A stretch of DNA of 48,666 nucleotides, from the NCBI GenBank assembly GCA_963755715.1, contig CAVWLW010000011.1:1-48666 (forward strand), in the 5' to 3' direction. The stretch comes from an uncultured delta proteobacterium. Its GTDB lineage: Bacteria > Desulfobacterota > Binatia > UBA9968. The notes under the pieces are model-generated. The model had not been told where the DNA came from. It did not search any database and saw only the letters and a program-made list of their open reading frames with translations. The position numbers and the translations under genes were made by a program. Shown here piece by piece: positions 21,304 through 34,959 of this stretch (the first letter of the stretch is position 1; each line of letters begins with the position of its first letter).

Positions 21304-21753
21304 TTATTTACCGGTAAAATTCACGGGAAAGTTATCCACAGCTTGCGGCCACCAACCGGCGGCGATGAAATCTTCCAAGATCGCGCCGAGGATATTCGCG
21401 AATCTGAAGTGATACCGTTCATTCGCTTCGATGCCCACGAGCCTTTGCCCTTCTCAAAGCGTTAACTCTTCAGCCGTTCTATCGATGCGCGCGCGGTAAA
21501 TATATTTGGTGTTGGGATAAGCATCGCCGCTCAAACATTCATAGCACCTAAAAAAGTCCCACCCCGGTAAATTCACTCCCAATTCTTCCATGACCTCGCG
21601 CACCAGCGCCTGTTCGGGCGTCTCCCCTACCTCGACGTGGCCGCCGAAGAAATCCCAGTGATTAGGAAATGGAATCTCCGGTTTGTTGTCACGCAGATAG
21701 ATCAGCAAGCGATTGTGCCGATCGAATAACAGGACCTGGGCGATCTGTTTCAT
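21304..21753 (-). pseudogene. NUDIX hydrolase with an in-frame TGA at 21454-21456
   Basis: Nudix box GGHVEVGETPEQALVREVMEELG. After LTL* the same frame continues EGQRLVGIEANERYHFRFANILG...K* to TAA 21304-21306. Confidence 0.7.
21332..21340 (+). promoter_or_regulatory. Consensus DnaA box TTATCCACA upstream of dnaE
   Basis: Exact 9-mer about 70 bp upstream of the dnaE start. Confidence 0.45.
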
Positions 21754-21849
21754 GCCACCGATCGCCTAGACGAATAGAAAGTAATCATTGAAGTTGACGA
21801 TACAAGCAGAATTACCGGGAGGAATCTCAATCGTTTGTGCCCTACATCA

Positions 21850-22640
21850 TCACGCCGGCTCACGCTCGCCGAAAAACCAACGTCGCTTGAGGCGCGAGCC
21901 GTAACATAAGCCGAACTGTCCCATAGCGATGTCGGTGATTTGCTTGACCGCCTCTTGAGCCGAATCGGTGACGATTAAACGGTCGAGATCGGCTTGATCA
22001 ATCGTCTGTTCCTTGACCATCCGTTCGGCGAGAAATTCGAGCAGCGGCCGCCAGAATTCTTTTCCCATCAGCACCAGCGGGAAATTGCGGATCTTTGCGG
22101 TTTGAATCAAGGTCGCGGCTTCAAATATCTCATCCAGAGTGCCAAATCCGCCGGGCAAAGCGATGAACGCATAAGAATATTTGACCAGCATGACTTTCCG
22201 GACGAAGAAGTGGCGAAAGGTGATCCAGCTGGTCGAGATAGGGATTGGGCTTTTGCTCTTCCGGAAGTTCGATATTGCAGCCGATCGAGCGCCCGCCGGC
22301 CTCTTTGGCGCCGCGGTTTGCCGCTTCCATGATTCCCGGGCCGCCGCCGGTCATCACGGTAAAGCCGGCTCTCGGCCAGTCCGGCGCCGCATCTGGCGCG
22401 CCATGTCATAATAAGGATGACTTTCGTTAAAACGCGCCGAACCGAATACCGTCACACAGGGCCCGACGAAATGCAGCGCGCGGAAACCGCGCATAAACTC
22501 GCAAAAAATCCGCACCGCGCGGAGTAGCTCCGAAGTGCGATTCTGCGGCCCCTCGAGAAAGCGCACCACTTCGGGCGCTCCGGGCGTCGACGCCCCAGCC
22601 TTCCATGCGCGTACGATCTCGTCATTCCTGTTGTGGTCAT
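21850..22640 (-). CDS. LOG family (TIGR00730-like) nucleotide phosphoribohydrolase with several frameshifts; start uncertain
   Basis: [27 protein letters not shown] and PGGFGTLDE are spread over three frames. Confidence 0.8.
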
Positions 22641-22687
22641 TCGGAAATGATTGTGACCGCGCGGTTTGCCGGCGATTGAAGTTGCCG

Positions 22688-25686
<2,999 letters not shown>

Positions 25687-25704
25687 TCACCTCCGAGCGA
25701 AGCT

Positions 25705-25736
25705 AAAAAAAAACCCAGACTTGGGCCTGGGTTTTT
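25705..25736 (-). terminator. Intrinsic terminator-like hairpin in the guaB 5' leader (candidate attenuator)
   Basis: Minus strand AAAAACCCAG-GCCCAAGT-CTGGG followed by 9 T, between a putative TTGCTG-17-TATAAG promoter and the guaB SD. Confidence 0.65.
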
Positions 25737-25853
25737 CGCGCTAGAAAATTGTTTACAACCAAACATGAAATCTTATACCAGGAAACTTTTCGAGCAGCAA
25801 GGTCGCTCAAACTTGAGGGAGTGATATCAATATGATAGCAACAGACACCGACT

Positions 25854-26087
25854 ATGCCACTTTACGAATACGAATGCCGCAAGGGGCATCGCTTCGAAGC
25901 AATTCAAAAAGTCACGGAGAGACCTCTAAAGCGCTGCGAAATATGCGCCGGGTCCGCCAAGCGCGCGATCTCCCAGCCCACCTTACTGCACAACCGCGGC
26001 GTCCACGTTTTCGATCGGGTCACCAAAGACGACGCCTTGCGCGCCCGTCCGTCATCCCTCAAGTCGCTCAAGAAAGATAAATTCTAG
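25854..26087 (+). CDS. FmdB family zinc-ribbon protein
   Basis: [15 protein letters not shown]...CEICAG. Confidence 0.85.
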   Translation: MPLYEYECRKGHRFEAIQKVTERPLKRCEICAGSAKRAISQPTLLHNRGVHVFDRVTKDDALRARPSSLKSLKKDKF

Positions 26088-26272
26088 ACCTCGCTCTTGT
26101 TCGCCTCTGGCGGCCGCAGCGGAATCGAACTCGGCCGCCCAGCGCTATCCTTCTGGTACGTTCCGAATTGCCGAGTTGTACTTCCAGCATCGTCGACCAT
26201 CGATCCTTGAGCAAATTTCAGTTGTGCTTCGCCGAGCCCTTTGGTAGCGTACGAGCCGCTTCACGCCCGACC

Positions 26273-27796
26273 ATGCTCGCCAAAGTCAACAGCGCAGCCC
26301 TTTACGGTATTGATGCTCTGCGCGTCGAAGTAGAGATCGATCTCGCTTCCGGTTTGCCACAGCTCGCCACAGTCGGTCTGCCCGAAGGCGCCGTCAAAGA
26401 AAGCAAAGACCGCATACGCGCCGCGGTGAAGAACTGCGGCTATACTTTCCCCGCTAAGCGCATCACCATCAATCTCGCCCCCGCCGACATCAAAAAGGAG
26501 GGCTCGGCCTACGACTTGCCGATGGCTGTCGGCATACTCGCTGCGGAGGGCTCGATCGAAAAAACTCTGCTGGACGAGTACCTGGTGATCGGCGAGCTTT
26601 CTCTCGACGGCACGATCAAAGCAGTGCGCGGCGCGCTGTCGATCGCAATGGCGGCAAAGAAGGAAAAAGTCAGAGGGATCATTCTGCCTGAACAGAACGC
26701 TCCTGAGGCGGCGGTGGTGAAGGAAGTCGAGGTTCTCGGCGTACGCGACCTGCCGCAAGTCGTCGAGCTTCTCAACGGCTCTCTGCATGTCGAACCGACC
26801 CAGGTTAATCTCGACGATCTATTTAATCAGCATTCGCACTACAACGCGGACTTCAACGACGTCAAAGGACAGCAACACGTAAAGCGCGCGCTCGAAGTCG
26901 CCGCGGCCGGCGGCCACAACGTAATACTCGTCGGCCCGCCCGGCTCGGGAAAAACCATGCTGGCGAAAAGGTTGCCGACGATCCTGCCGGATCTAACCCT
27001 AGCCGAAGCGCTCGAAACGACCAAGATTCACAGCGTCGTGGGATTGCTCAACGGTCAAGCAATCATCGCCACCCGGCCGTTTCGTTCGCCGCATCACACA
27101 ATCTCCGATGCGGGCTTAGTCGGCGGCGGCGCGGTGCCGAAACCGGGTGAAGTCTCGCTCGCCCACAACGGCGTGTTGTTTCTCGACGAGCTGCCGGAAT
27201 TCAGACGCAACGTGCTCGAGGTCATGCGCCAGCCGCTCGAAGACGGCAGCATCACAGTTTCACGGGCGATGGGCTCGATTAATTATCCGGCGAGTTTCAT
27301 GTTGGTCGCGGCGATGAATCCCTGCGTCTGTGGCTTCCTCACCGATCCGCAGAAGGAATGCACCTGCACGCCGCTGCAGATCCAACGCTACCGCTCGAAA
27401 GTGTCGGGCCCTCTGCTCGATCGAATTGATATTCAAGTTGAAGTGCCGGGTCTGCGCTATCAAGAGTTGGCCAGCAAAGATGCCGGTGAGTCCTCCGATG
27501 TCATTCGCATGCGAGTCAACACCGCTCGATCCATTCAATTGCAGCGATTCGAGAAAACAAAAGTTCATGCCAACGCGCAAATGGGGACCAGGGAAATCAA
27601 ACGCTTCTGCGCAGTGAAAGAAGACGCAGAAAAATTACTAGAAACAGCCATCAACAAACTCGGCTTGAGCGCGAGAGCCTATAGTCGAGTTCTAAAAGTC
27701 GGCCGCACGATCGCCGATCTCGCCGGCACAGAAAATATCGAAGCCTCGCACATCGCCGAAGCGATTCAATACCGAAGCTTGGATCGGAGAATGTGA
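26273..27796 (+). CDS. comM: YifB/ComM family Mg-chelatase-like AAA+ ATPase
   Basis: Start MLAKVNSAA (ATG 26273); [43 protein letters not shown] and SGPLLDRID. Confidence 0.94.
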   Translation: MLAKVNSAALYGIDALRVEVEIDLASGLPQLATVGLPEGAVKESKDRIRAAVKNCGYTFPAKRITINLAPADIKKEGSAYDLPMAVGILAAEGSIEKTLLDEYLVIGELSLDGTIKAVRGALSIAMAAKKEKVRGIILPEQNAPEAAVVKEVEVLGVRDLPQVVELLNGSLHVEPTQVNLDDLFNQHSHYNADFNDVKGQQHVKRALEVAAAGGHNVILVGPPGSGKTMLAKRLPTILPDLTLAEALETTKIHSVVGLLNGQAIIATRPFRSPHHTISDAGLVGGGAVPKPGEVSLAHNGVLFLDELPEFRRNVLEVMRQPLEDGSITVSRAMGSINYPASFMLVAAMNPCVCGFLTDPQKECTCTPLQIQRYRSKVSGPLLDRIDIQVEVPGLRYQELASKDAGESSDVIRMRVNTARSIQLQRFEKTKVHANAQMGTREIKRFCAVKEDAEKLLETAINKLGLSARAYSRVLKVGRTIADLAGTENIEASHIAEAIQYRSLDRRM

Positions 27797-28171
27797 ATGA
27801 GTAACTCGACTCCTATTCAATCTCACCACTGAAAAGCAAACGGTAAAGGCCTTACTGGGCGAGCGCTCAAAGATTATTAATGATGCGGCAAGATTTTGGC
27901 CGGGACGTCCGGGCGCGGCGGCGATGTTCTGTCCAGACCACTCGAATCGCTGCATCTTTCCTAGAGCTGACAAGTCTTTCTTGTTTTTCGTACCTGTTGC
28001 CGGTCGTGAAAAAGCTCATTTTGGTACGCTGTCGTACGAACCCACACGTTTCCTGGCTGCGCTTTTGTCAGCTAATACGCCGTATCGGGCGCCCGTGCGC
28101 CTCCTCGCTGCCGGTGTTCATGCGGGATTTCAGGGGCATGGTCGTTGCGGGCGATACCTTTGCGGTGAGCC

Positions 28172-28822
28172 ATGCAGTGTTCGTTCACAAGATCATCAAC
28201 TTCGCCAACCCCTGAGTCCCTCTTTGATTGGCGGGTAAGCGCATGGATGCTGGCAGCGACGCTGTTATCGACCGCTCAAGGCTGCGGCATCATTTCAGAT
28301 GCACCTCATCAATCAGTTTCGAGGAGCGCAATATCGCCGCCCGAAAGCCGGAGAGACAACCCGCCCATTGACCAGGTGCAGACCGACACCCCGCCGCTTG
28401 AGAGTCCATCCGCGGCCATCATTCCCTTCTCTCCTGCAACGCGGGAAACTTCGCCACGGGCAACATTCCCCGCGTCTTCGCCACCGACGATTGTAGAGGC
28501 CGGCCTGGCCTCGTGGTATGGAAAAAAACACCAGGGGAAGCGCACCGCGAGTGGAGAAGTTTTTGACCAGAAGAAATTCACGGCAGCGCATCGAAGTCTT
28601 CCATGGGGCAGCATAGTAAAGCTGACCAATCTCGCCAATGGAAAATCGGTGGAAGTGCGGATAAACGATCGTGGGCCCTTTGAGAAAGGTAGGATCATCG
28701 ATGTCTCGCGGGCCGCGGCAAGCGTTCTTGGCATGGTGGAATCCGGAGTGGCGCAAGTGCAACTAGAATTGCTTTCTCCTCTTGAATCATCGGATGACCT
28801 GGTGTTGAGAAATAGGCAATAG
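28172..28822 (+). CDS. rlpA: Septal ring lytic transglycosylase RlpA family lipoprotein (start uncertain)
   Basis: GLASWYG, TASGE, TAAHRSLPWG and RINDRGPF...IIDVS (DPBB domain); lipobox-like TAQGC. Confidence 0.87.
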   Translation: MQCSFTRSSTSPTPESLFDWRVSAWMLAATLLSTAQGCGIISDAPHQSVSRSAISPPESRRDNPPIDQVQTDTPPLESPSAAIIPFSPATRETSPRATFPASSPPTIVEAGLASWYGKKHQGKRTASGEVFDQKKFTAAHRSLPWGSIVKLTNLANGKSVEVRINDRGPFEKGRIIDVSRAAASVLGMVESGVAQVQLELLSPLESSDDLVLRNRQ

Positions 28823-29026
28823 GCTTGAGGCAACAGCCTCTGGGCCACATCCTTTGCGTCATAGGATTGAACTGAACGACGCTTCATCAAATCTCAGACG
28901 ATTCGCTCGAACGACGCGTCAATTCAACTCGTCCCCGTTGAGGCCTATTATTTACGGTCGAACCGAGGCCTCAACACCAAAAGCGGTCTATCTATTATCA
29001 CTGTCACAGGGTTGTCTTCCTTGCGC

Positions 29027-29102
29027 GATGAACTGCCGGAATTCAGGCGCAATGTGTTGGAACTGATCCGGCAGCCTTTAAAGCACTTTGGCCGTTAGCA
29101 GA
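29027..29102 (+). pseudogene. Diverged fragment of comM (Walker B region)
   Basis: Translates [18 protein letters not shown] versus [18 protein letters not shown] in comM (27185-27238); shares the exact CTGCCGGAATTCAG. Confidence 0.8.
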
Positions 29103-29159
29103 GATTTAGTTGACGGAGAATTCAGTTCAATCCTAGCATCGTCGCTTCGCTTTCTTTGT

Positions 29160-29420
29160 TCACTTGATCACTTGATTCGCCCGTCCGAGCACGCGGACTG
29201 GAATTGTCAGTCCGATCTGTTTTGCCGCTTGGAGGTCAATGACAAACTCAAACTTCGTTGCCTGCTGCACCCGCAGATCAGCCGGGTTAGCGAATTTCAA
29301 GATCTTGTCCACGCAAAATAGCCGTGCCCGATAGGGGTCAGTAGAGTCCGCGCCGATGAGCCCGACGGCATCTACAGCTTCTCTGCTGTAGTACATCGAC
29401 GGTAGCTGGCTCTTAACGTA
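29160..29420 (-). pseudogene. C-terminal relic of an ABC_sub_bind-family substrate-binding protein
   Basis: LPSMYYSREAVDAVGL...VDKILK..PADLRVQQATKFEFVIDLQAAKQIGLTIP.RVLGRANQVIK is a degenerate version of this family's C-terminus. No N-terminal half. Confidence 0.8.
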
Positions 29421-29424
29421 AAGC

Positions 29425-29610
29425 CTACAATCCGTTTTTGGCAGCGGCGCCGAGCAGGTCCGGGATCTCGAAGTTATCGTTGCGCAGCGGAATCTTTTCG
29501 AAGTTTTGAATGAAGTTCGACAGCGTATCGTCGTCGAGCGTGCGCTGGCCGATCTTGCGGTTGAAGTTGATATGCTTGAGCACGTCCTGAAGCACATCAT
29601 TGAGTATCTG
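29425..29610 (-). pseudogene. hsdM: Fragment of a type I restriction-modification methylase (HsdM N-terminal domain)
   Basis: A frame missing from the ORF track reads LQDVLKHINFNRKIGQRTLDDDTLSNFIQNFEKIPLRNDNFEIPDLLGAA, ending just before the expected YE...GEFYTP. Confidence 0.72.
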
Positions 29611-29681
29611 ATAAAGCCTAAATGAATTTTATGGATTCTACGCGAAACCGCGCGAGAATGCCAAGAAGGAATCCAGCTGCC

Positions 29682-30776
29682 TCACTCGTCCCGCACGATC
29701 ACGCACACGTCCGGATGGGCGGCGGCATAGATCTCCTGGCCAGACTCATAGCGTTGGCTCGGCGGTGTGATGACGCGAAGGGTTTTCCGGGTTGCCAATT
29801 CGATGGTGTAATCGATCGAATCGCCGAAATAAATCGAGCGGCGAATGGTGCCGGGAAAAAGATTGTAGCCTTGCTCCGCCATGCGGCGCGCCTCGGCGTC
29901 GTCGGCAAGCAATGAAATATTGTGCGGCCGCAGACATACGGCGACTTGTCCGGTGGCCGAGATTTCTCCGGTGGAATTCACGCGGATCTTCACACCGTCT
30001 CCCAGGTGCAATAGTCCGTCGCCGTCGAAGCGGCCGGTGAGGATGTTCGCTTTGCCGACGAACTCGGCGACGAAACGGGTTTTCGGCCGGTCGAAGATTT
30101 CATCCGGCCGTCCGACTTGCACGAGTCGACCGCGGTCGAGCACGGCGATCCGGTCGGAGGTCGCCATCGCTTCGGCTTGATCGTGAGTGACATAGACCGT
30201 GGTGATTTTGAATTCCTCGTGCAGCCGGCGAATCTCGAAGCGCATCTCTTCGCGCAGATTCGCGTCCAGATTGCTCAGCGGCTCGTCCATCAAAAGAATC
30301 TGCGGCTCGACGACCAAGGCGCGCGCCAGCGCCACCCGCTGCTGCTGGCCGCCGGACAGCTCGGCGGAATAGCGATCTTTCAACTCCGCCAAATGCACGA
30401 CGCCGAGCAGCTTGGTGACTTTCTGCTCGATTTCCTGCTTTGGTGAGTTTTTTGAACTTGAGTCCGTAGGCGACGTTTTGCGCCACGGTCATGTGCGGCC
30501 AAACGGCGTAGCTTTGAAAGATCATCGACATGTTGCGCCGCTCGGGCGGCACCAGATGACGTCGGAGATGAAATCGACTTTGCCGTCGACGCGAATCTCG
30601 CCGCGCATCCGGCTGCAAAAAACCGGCGAGCAAACGCAAGCGTCGTGGTCTTGCCGCAACCGGACGGACCGAGCAGCGAGACGAATTCGCCGTCGCCGAT
30701 TTCCAAGTCGAGAGTCGTCGACGGCGGCGGCTTCGGTAAATTTTTTCGTCAGTCCACGGATCGAAACGATCGCCAT
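29682..30776 (-). CDS. ABC transporter ATP-binding protein (FbpC/PotA-like), several frameshifts at 30400-30720
   Basis: GPSGCGKTT, FQSYAVWPHMTV, LSGGQQQRVALAR, DEPLSNLD and a TOBE domain, spread across frames. Confidence 0.88.
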
Positions 30777-30779
30777 GGA

Positions 30780-32509
30780 TTATTCCCGCGTCGCCACCAC
30801 GTCGCGTCCCGGCAAACCATTGCACTGCCAAGAATCACCGCGAAGGAAACCGCCAACAAGAGAATTCCCAAGACCGCGATCACTCCGACTTGGCCTTCTT
30901 CTTTGAGATCGAAAATGACCACGGAGACGACTTTCGAGCTCGGCGCGAATAGCAGAATCGCGGCGCTGAGCTCGCGGATGACGCCGATGAAAATAAACGA
31001 CCAGGCGGCGATCAGTCCCGAGCGCGCCAGCGGCGCGGTAATATCCTTGAGCGACATGAGCCGGTTGGCGCCGATGATCCGGCTCGCGTCTTCGAGCTCC
31101 GGGTGAATGCTTTTGAAGGTCGATTCCGCCTGGGAAAATCCGATGGGCATTTCTTTGGTCAAAAAAGCCACGAACAGAATCCAGATCGTGCCGTAGAGCA
31201 CCAGCGGCGGTCTCGTGTAGGCGATAAACAAGCCCACGGCCAAGACGATGCCGGGAATGACCAACGGCGCCAGCGCAAAGAAACTCAGATAGCGCGCGCC
31301 GCGAAACAGATTGCGATTGGTAATGTAGGCAATGAGAGTCGCTAGTAATGTGCCGATGGTCGCCGTCATCATTCCCAATTTGAAAGTATTGTAAATCGCC
31401 CGCTGGGTATCGCCGTACTCGAAAAAGGTGAACGAAAAATTGTGCAGCGTGAAATTATCCCAGGTCAACGGCATCGCCCAGGCTTTGGAGAGCGCCGCTT
31501 TCAGCAGAATCCAATAGGGCAAGAACACCGAAAGCGACAGAATGCCGAACACCAAAAGCAGCACCGGAATCCGGCCCCAGCCGAGGCGGATCAAGCGTTT
31601 CTGCCCGCCTTTGCCGCCGACGGTGCTGTAGCCTTTGCGCCCGAGAATTTTTTTTTGCACGGCGATCAGCGCCATCGTCGCCAGCAGCAGCGGCACCGAA
31701 AAAGCCGCGGCCATATCCAAGCGCGGCGGATATTGAAACAGCGCCCAGATTTGCGTCGTGATCGTGTGCAGGCCCGCGGGCAGGCCGAGAATCGCCGGCG
31801 CGCCGAAGAGCGACAGCGATTGCAGAAAAGCGAGGATAAAGCCGCCGATCAATGCCGGCATCGCCAACGGCAGGGTGACGGTCCAGGCGGTGCGCCATTT
31901 GTTCGCGCCTAAAATCTCCGCGGCGTCTTCGAGATCGGAGGAAATCAGCTCGCAGACGTTGGCGATCATCGAAAACACGTAGGGAAAGCTGTAAAGCGCC
32001 ATCACGAAGATCAGTCCCGGCATGGAGAAAATATTGAACAGCGCATCTTCGGAACCGGTCACCGCTCGGTAAAGCTTATTCAGCGAACCGGCATTGGGGC
32101 CGGCCAGAAGCGTCCAGGCAAACGCCCCCAAGAACGGCGGCGTAACGAACGATGCCATGACCAGCGCGCGAATCGATTTTTTCCAAGGGAGATCGGTGCG
32201 CGTCACCAACCAGGCGAGGAGCGCGCCGACGATAACGGAGATCACTCCCACCCACGTAGAAATGATCAGGGTATTCCAGATCGCCTTGAGAAATTGCTCG
32301 TTGGTAAAGACTTCAAGATAGCGGCTGAGGCTGATGCCGTTTTCGTCCCACAAACTCGCGCGAAAAATCGCGCCCAAAGGGAACAGCATCAAAAAAACCA
32401 GGAGAATGGCCGCGCCGAGCCATACTGGAAACGTCGGATCCTTGAATCGAAAAGCGGACCAGCCCGTGTGGCCAGCGCGACGGAACGTCCCGGTTTGAGA
32501 AGCGGGCAT
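30780..32509 (-). CDS. ABC transporter permease (FbpB-like, two domains); probable frameshifts near the 3' end
   Basis: Two EAA loops (LEDAAEILGA, LEDASRIIGA) and many TM helices. The likely native stop TAA at 30780-30782 abuts the ATPase start. Confidence 0.88.
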
Positions 32510-32523
32510 GAATGTTTTCGCTG

Positions 32524-33546
32524 TTACGCGCCGAAATATTCCGTGAAGCGTTTCTTTATTTCAGCGTTGCGTTTTTCCAGCTCGTCGGCGTCCGCGGTCA
32601 GAAGTTTCAGCTCCTTGAGCTTGGGCTTGTCCGCCGGATAGGTCACCTCCGGATGACCGGTATAAAGACCTTCCTTGTCCGCCAAAAGCTGCTGCGACTC
32701 TTTGGAAAAAATAAACTCGGTGAAGAGTTTGGCCGCATTGGGATGCGGCGCGTCTTTGGCGATGGCCACAGGCGACACGACGAGCGGGACGCCTTCTTTG
32801 GGATAGATGATCTTGATCGGATTACCCTGCTTTAGCGTCTTGTAATAGAAATACTCGGAGCCGTTTACGCCAACGGGCCGCTCTCCCGATGCCACCACGC
32901 CGGCGGGATCGTTGGCCGATTGGACGATGTGTAATTTGTTTTTCGCCAGATCGCGAAAATAGTCCCAGCCATAGGCGTTCACCAGCGCCAGCACATGGGT
33001 CATAATGATGCCGCTGTAGCCGGGATGGGCGGTGACCATCTTGCCGCTCCATCTTGGATTCAAAAGATCCTTCCAGGTTTTCGGCGCGTCTTTTTCCGAA
33101 ATGACTTTCGGGTTATATGCGATGACCGAAAGCGTCGCCCGCATGCCATAGTAAAATCCGGCCTTGTCCTTAAAGCCGTCGGGGAAGGCAGCGACGCCCT
33201 GGGGCGTAAATTTCAGCAGCATCCCCTTGTCTCTCAAGAGCTCGAAGTTGCCGGCATCCGAGGTATGCACGATATCGGCATTCTTAATTCCCGCCGCCGC
33301 TTCCTGCATGAATCGTTGCAGCACGCGCTGGGAGCCGTTGCGGTGCACTTCCACCTCGATGCCTTTGTATTTGTTTTGAAAATAGTGCGCGATCGCGGTG
33401 GAAGACGGCAACGCCAATGAAGTATGCCAGACCACCTTGCCTTCCTTTCGCGCCGCCTGAATCAGCGCGGCGTCTTGCGCCAAAGCCACGGACCCCAGCG
33501 TCAAAACGCCGCAGAGCAGGGTGAAGCAAATATTGATCTTTTTCAT
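32524..33546 (-). CDS. Extracellular solute-binding protein (Fe3+/AfuA-like)
   Basis: Own SD AGGAGG and ATG 33546; signal peptide MKKINICFTLLCGVLTLGSVALA; APHPNAAKLF motif. Confidence 0.88.
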   Translation of the reverse strand: MKKINICFTLLCGVLTLGSVALAQDAALIQAARKEGKVVWHTSLALPSSTAIAHYFQNKYKGIEVEVHRNGSQRVLQRFMQEAAAGIKNADIVHTSDAGNFELLRDKGMLLKFTPQGVAAFPDGFKDKAGFYYGMRATLSVIAYNPKVISEKDAPKTWKDLLNPRWSGKMVTAHPGYSGIIMTHVLALVNAYGWDYFRDLAKNKLHIVQSANDPAGVVASGERPVGVNGSEYFYYKTLKQGNPIKIIYPKEGVPLVVSPVAIAKDAPHPNAAKLFTEFIFSKESQQLLADKEGLYTGHPEVTYPADKPKLKELKLLTADADELEKRNAEIKKRFTEYFGA

Positions 33547-33584
33547 GGTTGCCTCCTGACGCTCGATCAGAAACCCAATAATGA

Positions 33585-34959
33585 TTATTGCGGAGTTAAC
33601 TTTTCGGTCAATAGGTTCGATCGAAGGAATCTGCTCCAGCCGTCCGACGAGCCGGACAATCTCGTCGACGTTGCGCGCCGGCAAAGCGAGCAAGGCATTG
33701 GCGCGAAACTTATCTTCGATCTCGCTCGGCGGCAATGGATCTTCAAAACCACCGCGCGGATGGAGCTGATCTTCTTCGAAAATAGTTCCGTCGTTCATTT
33801 TAACTTTCACGTGCCCCTCGAAATGGCGCGGATAATCAATCGCCGAATCGAGCTCATAGCGAACCTTGGCGGCCAACTCGAGCAGCTTGGGATCACGGAT
33901 CGCCGCGTCGGAGAATTCGTCGAGCCCCGCTCGGCCACGAACCAGCATGACCGCAATACTGTAGGGCAGGCTGAATTTCGCGCCGTAGGAGCTCACCGGC
34001 TTTTGTTTATCGGCGAGCGGTTCCCACAGGCGATGCACCGGGCCTTCCGCGGTGCGGCAAATGATTTCGGCGATCTGCTCAGGCGCCGGAGAATATTTTT
34101 GTCTAATCTTGAGCGCGCAGTCCATGTACGGATGGGAAATCGAGCCGCACGGGTAAGACTTAAAAGTCAGGCGCGGAATCTCCCACTCTTTGCCCAGCTC
34201 TAAAATCTTTTCGAAGCGATATTCGTTCTTGCCGCCGAAGGCGCTGAAAAATCCATGCGTGCCCTCGAAAACTTTTGCCGGGCCGCGAAAACCCTCGCGC
34301 GCGAGCATGGTCGCGATCACGCCGCCGTGCGCGGACCAGCCGGGATGCAGGCGTTTCGTCCACGTGCCGTCGGCGAGATACTCGATGATTCCCGAGCTTT
34401 GGCTGCCGCACAGGCCGAAGGCGTCCACCCATTGTTCGAGACTCAAACCGTAAAGCTTGCCGGCCGCCGCTGCGCCGCCGAAGGTCGAACAGATCGCCGT
34501 CGGATGAAAGCCGCGGGCGTGAAATTTGCCCGGCGCGACGAGGCCGATTTTGCACAAGACTTCCGTGCCGGCGATGGCGGCTTCGAGCACGGCCGCGCCG
34601 CTGGCGCCGACTTCCTCACCCACCGCAAGCGCGGTGATCCCGGCGCAGCAGCCGGTATGCACGATCGCTTCTTCGAGCGTGTCGTCGTAGTCGAGGCCAT
34701 GCGCCAAGGTGCTGTTGGCGATCACGGCATTGGCCGCGGCCACTCGACTCGATGTACCGATCAATAAACTGCCGGGCGCGCCGCCGAGTTTTTGCGCGAC
34801 CCGGGTCACCATCGGACCGAAATCCATCGTCGATGACGCCAGCGCGATGCCGAGGGTGTCGAGGAAAACCAATTTAGCTTTTTCGATGACGGCCGGCGGC
34901 ACGTCGGCGAGTTTCAAATCGTTGACGAAACGCCCTATGCTTTGCGAGTAGGGTTCCAC
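33585..34959 (-). CDS. MmgE/PrpD family protein (second copy); a frameshift near 33615 fuses it to the SBP in the ORF track
   Basis: LAHGLDYDD, KRLHPGW, KSYPCG and AKFSLPY. Confidence 0.88.

Noticed and set aside
21454-21500. Selenocysteine at the NUDIX TGA
   Set aside because: No convincing SECIS-like hairpin follows, and this is not a recognised Cys or redox position. Kept only as an unresolved stop.
26168-26272. N-terminal extension of ComM
   Set aside because: The family begins at MLAKV (ATG 26273); the extension shows no similarity to the family.
27800-28240. ORFs between comM and rlpA
   Set aside because: Several short overlapping frames with no recognisable motif; none can be supported.
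32524-34959. 811-aa MmgE/PrpD-solute-binding protein fusion
   Set aside because: The SBP has its own SD (AGGAGG), ATG and signal peptide. A one-base correction near 33615 gives the enzyme a natural stop at 33585, and the region has many indels.
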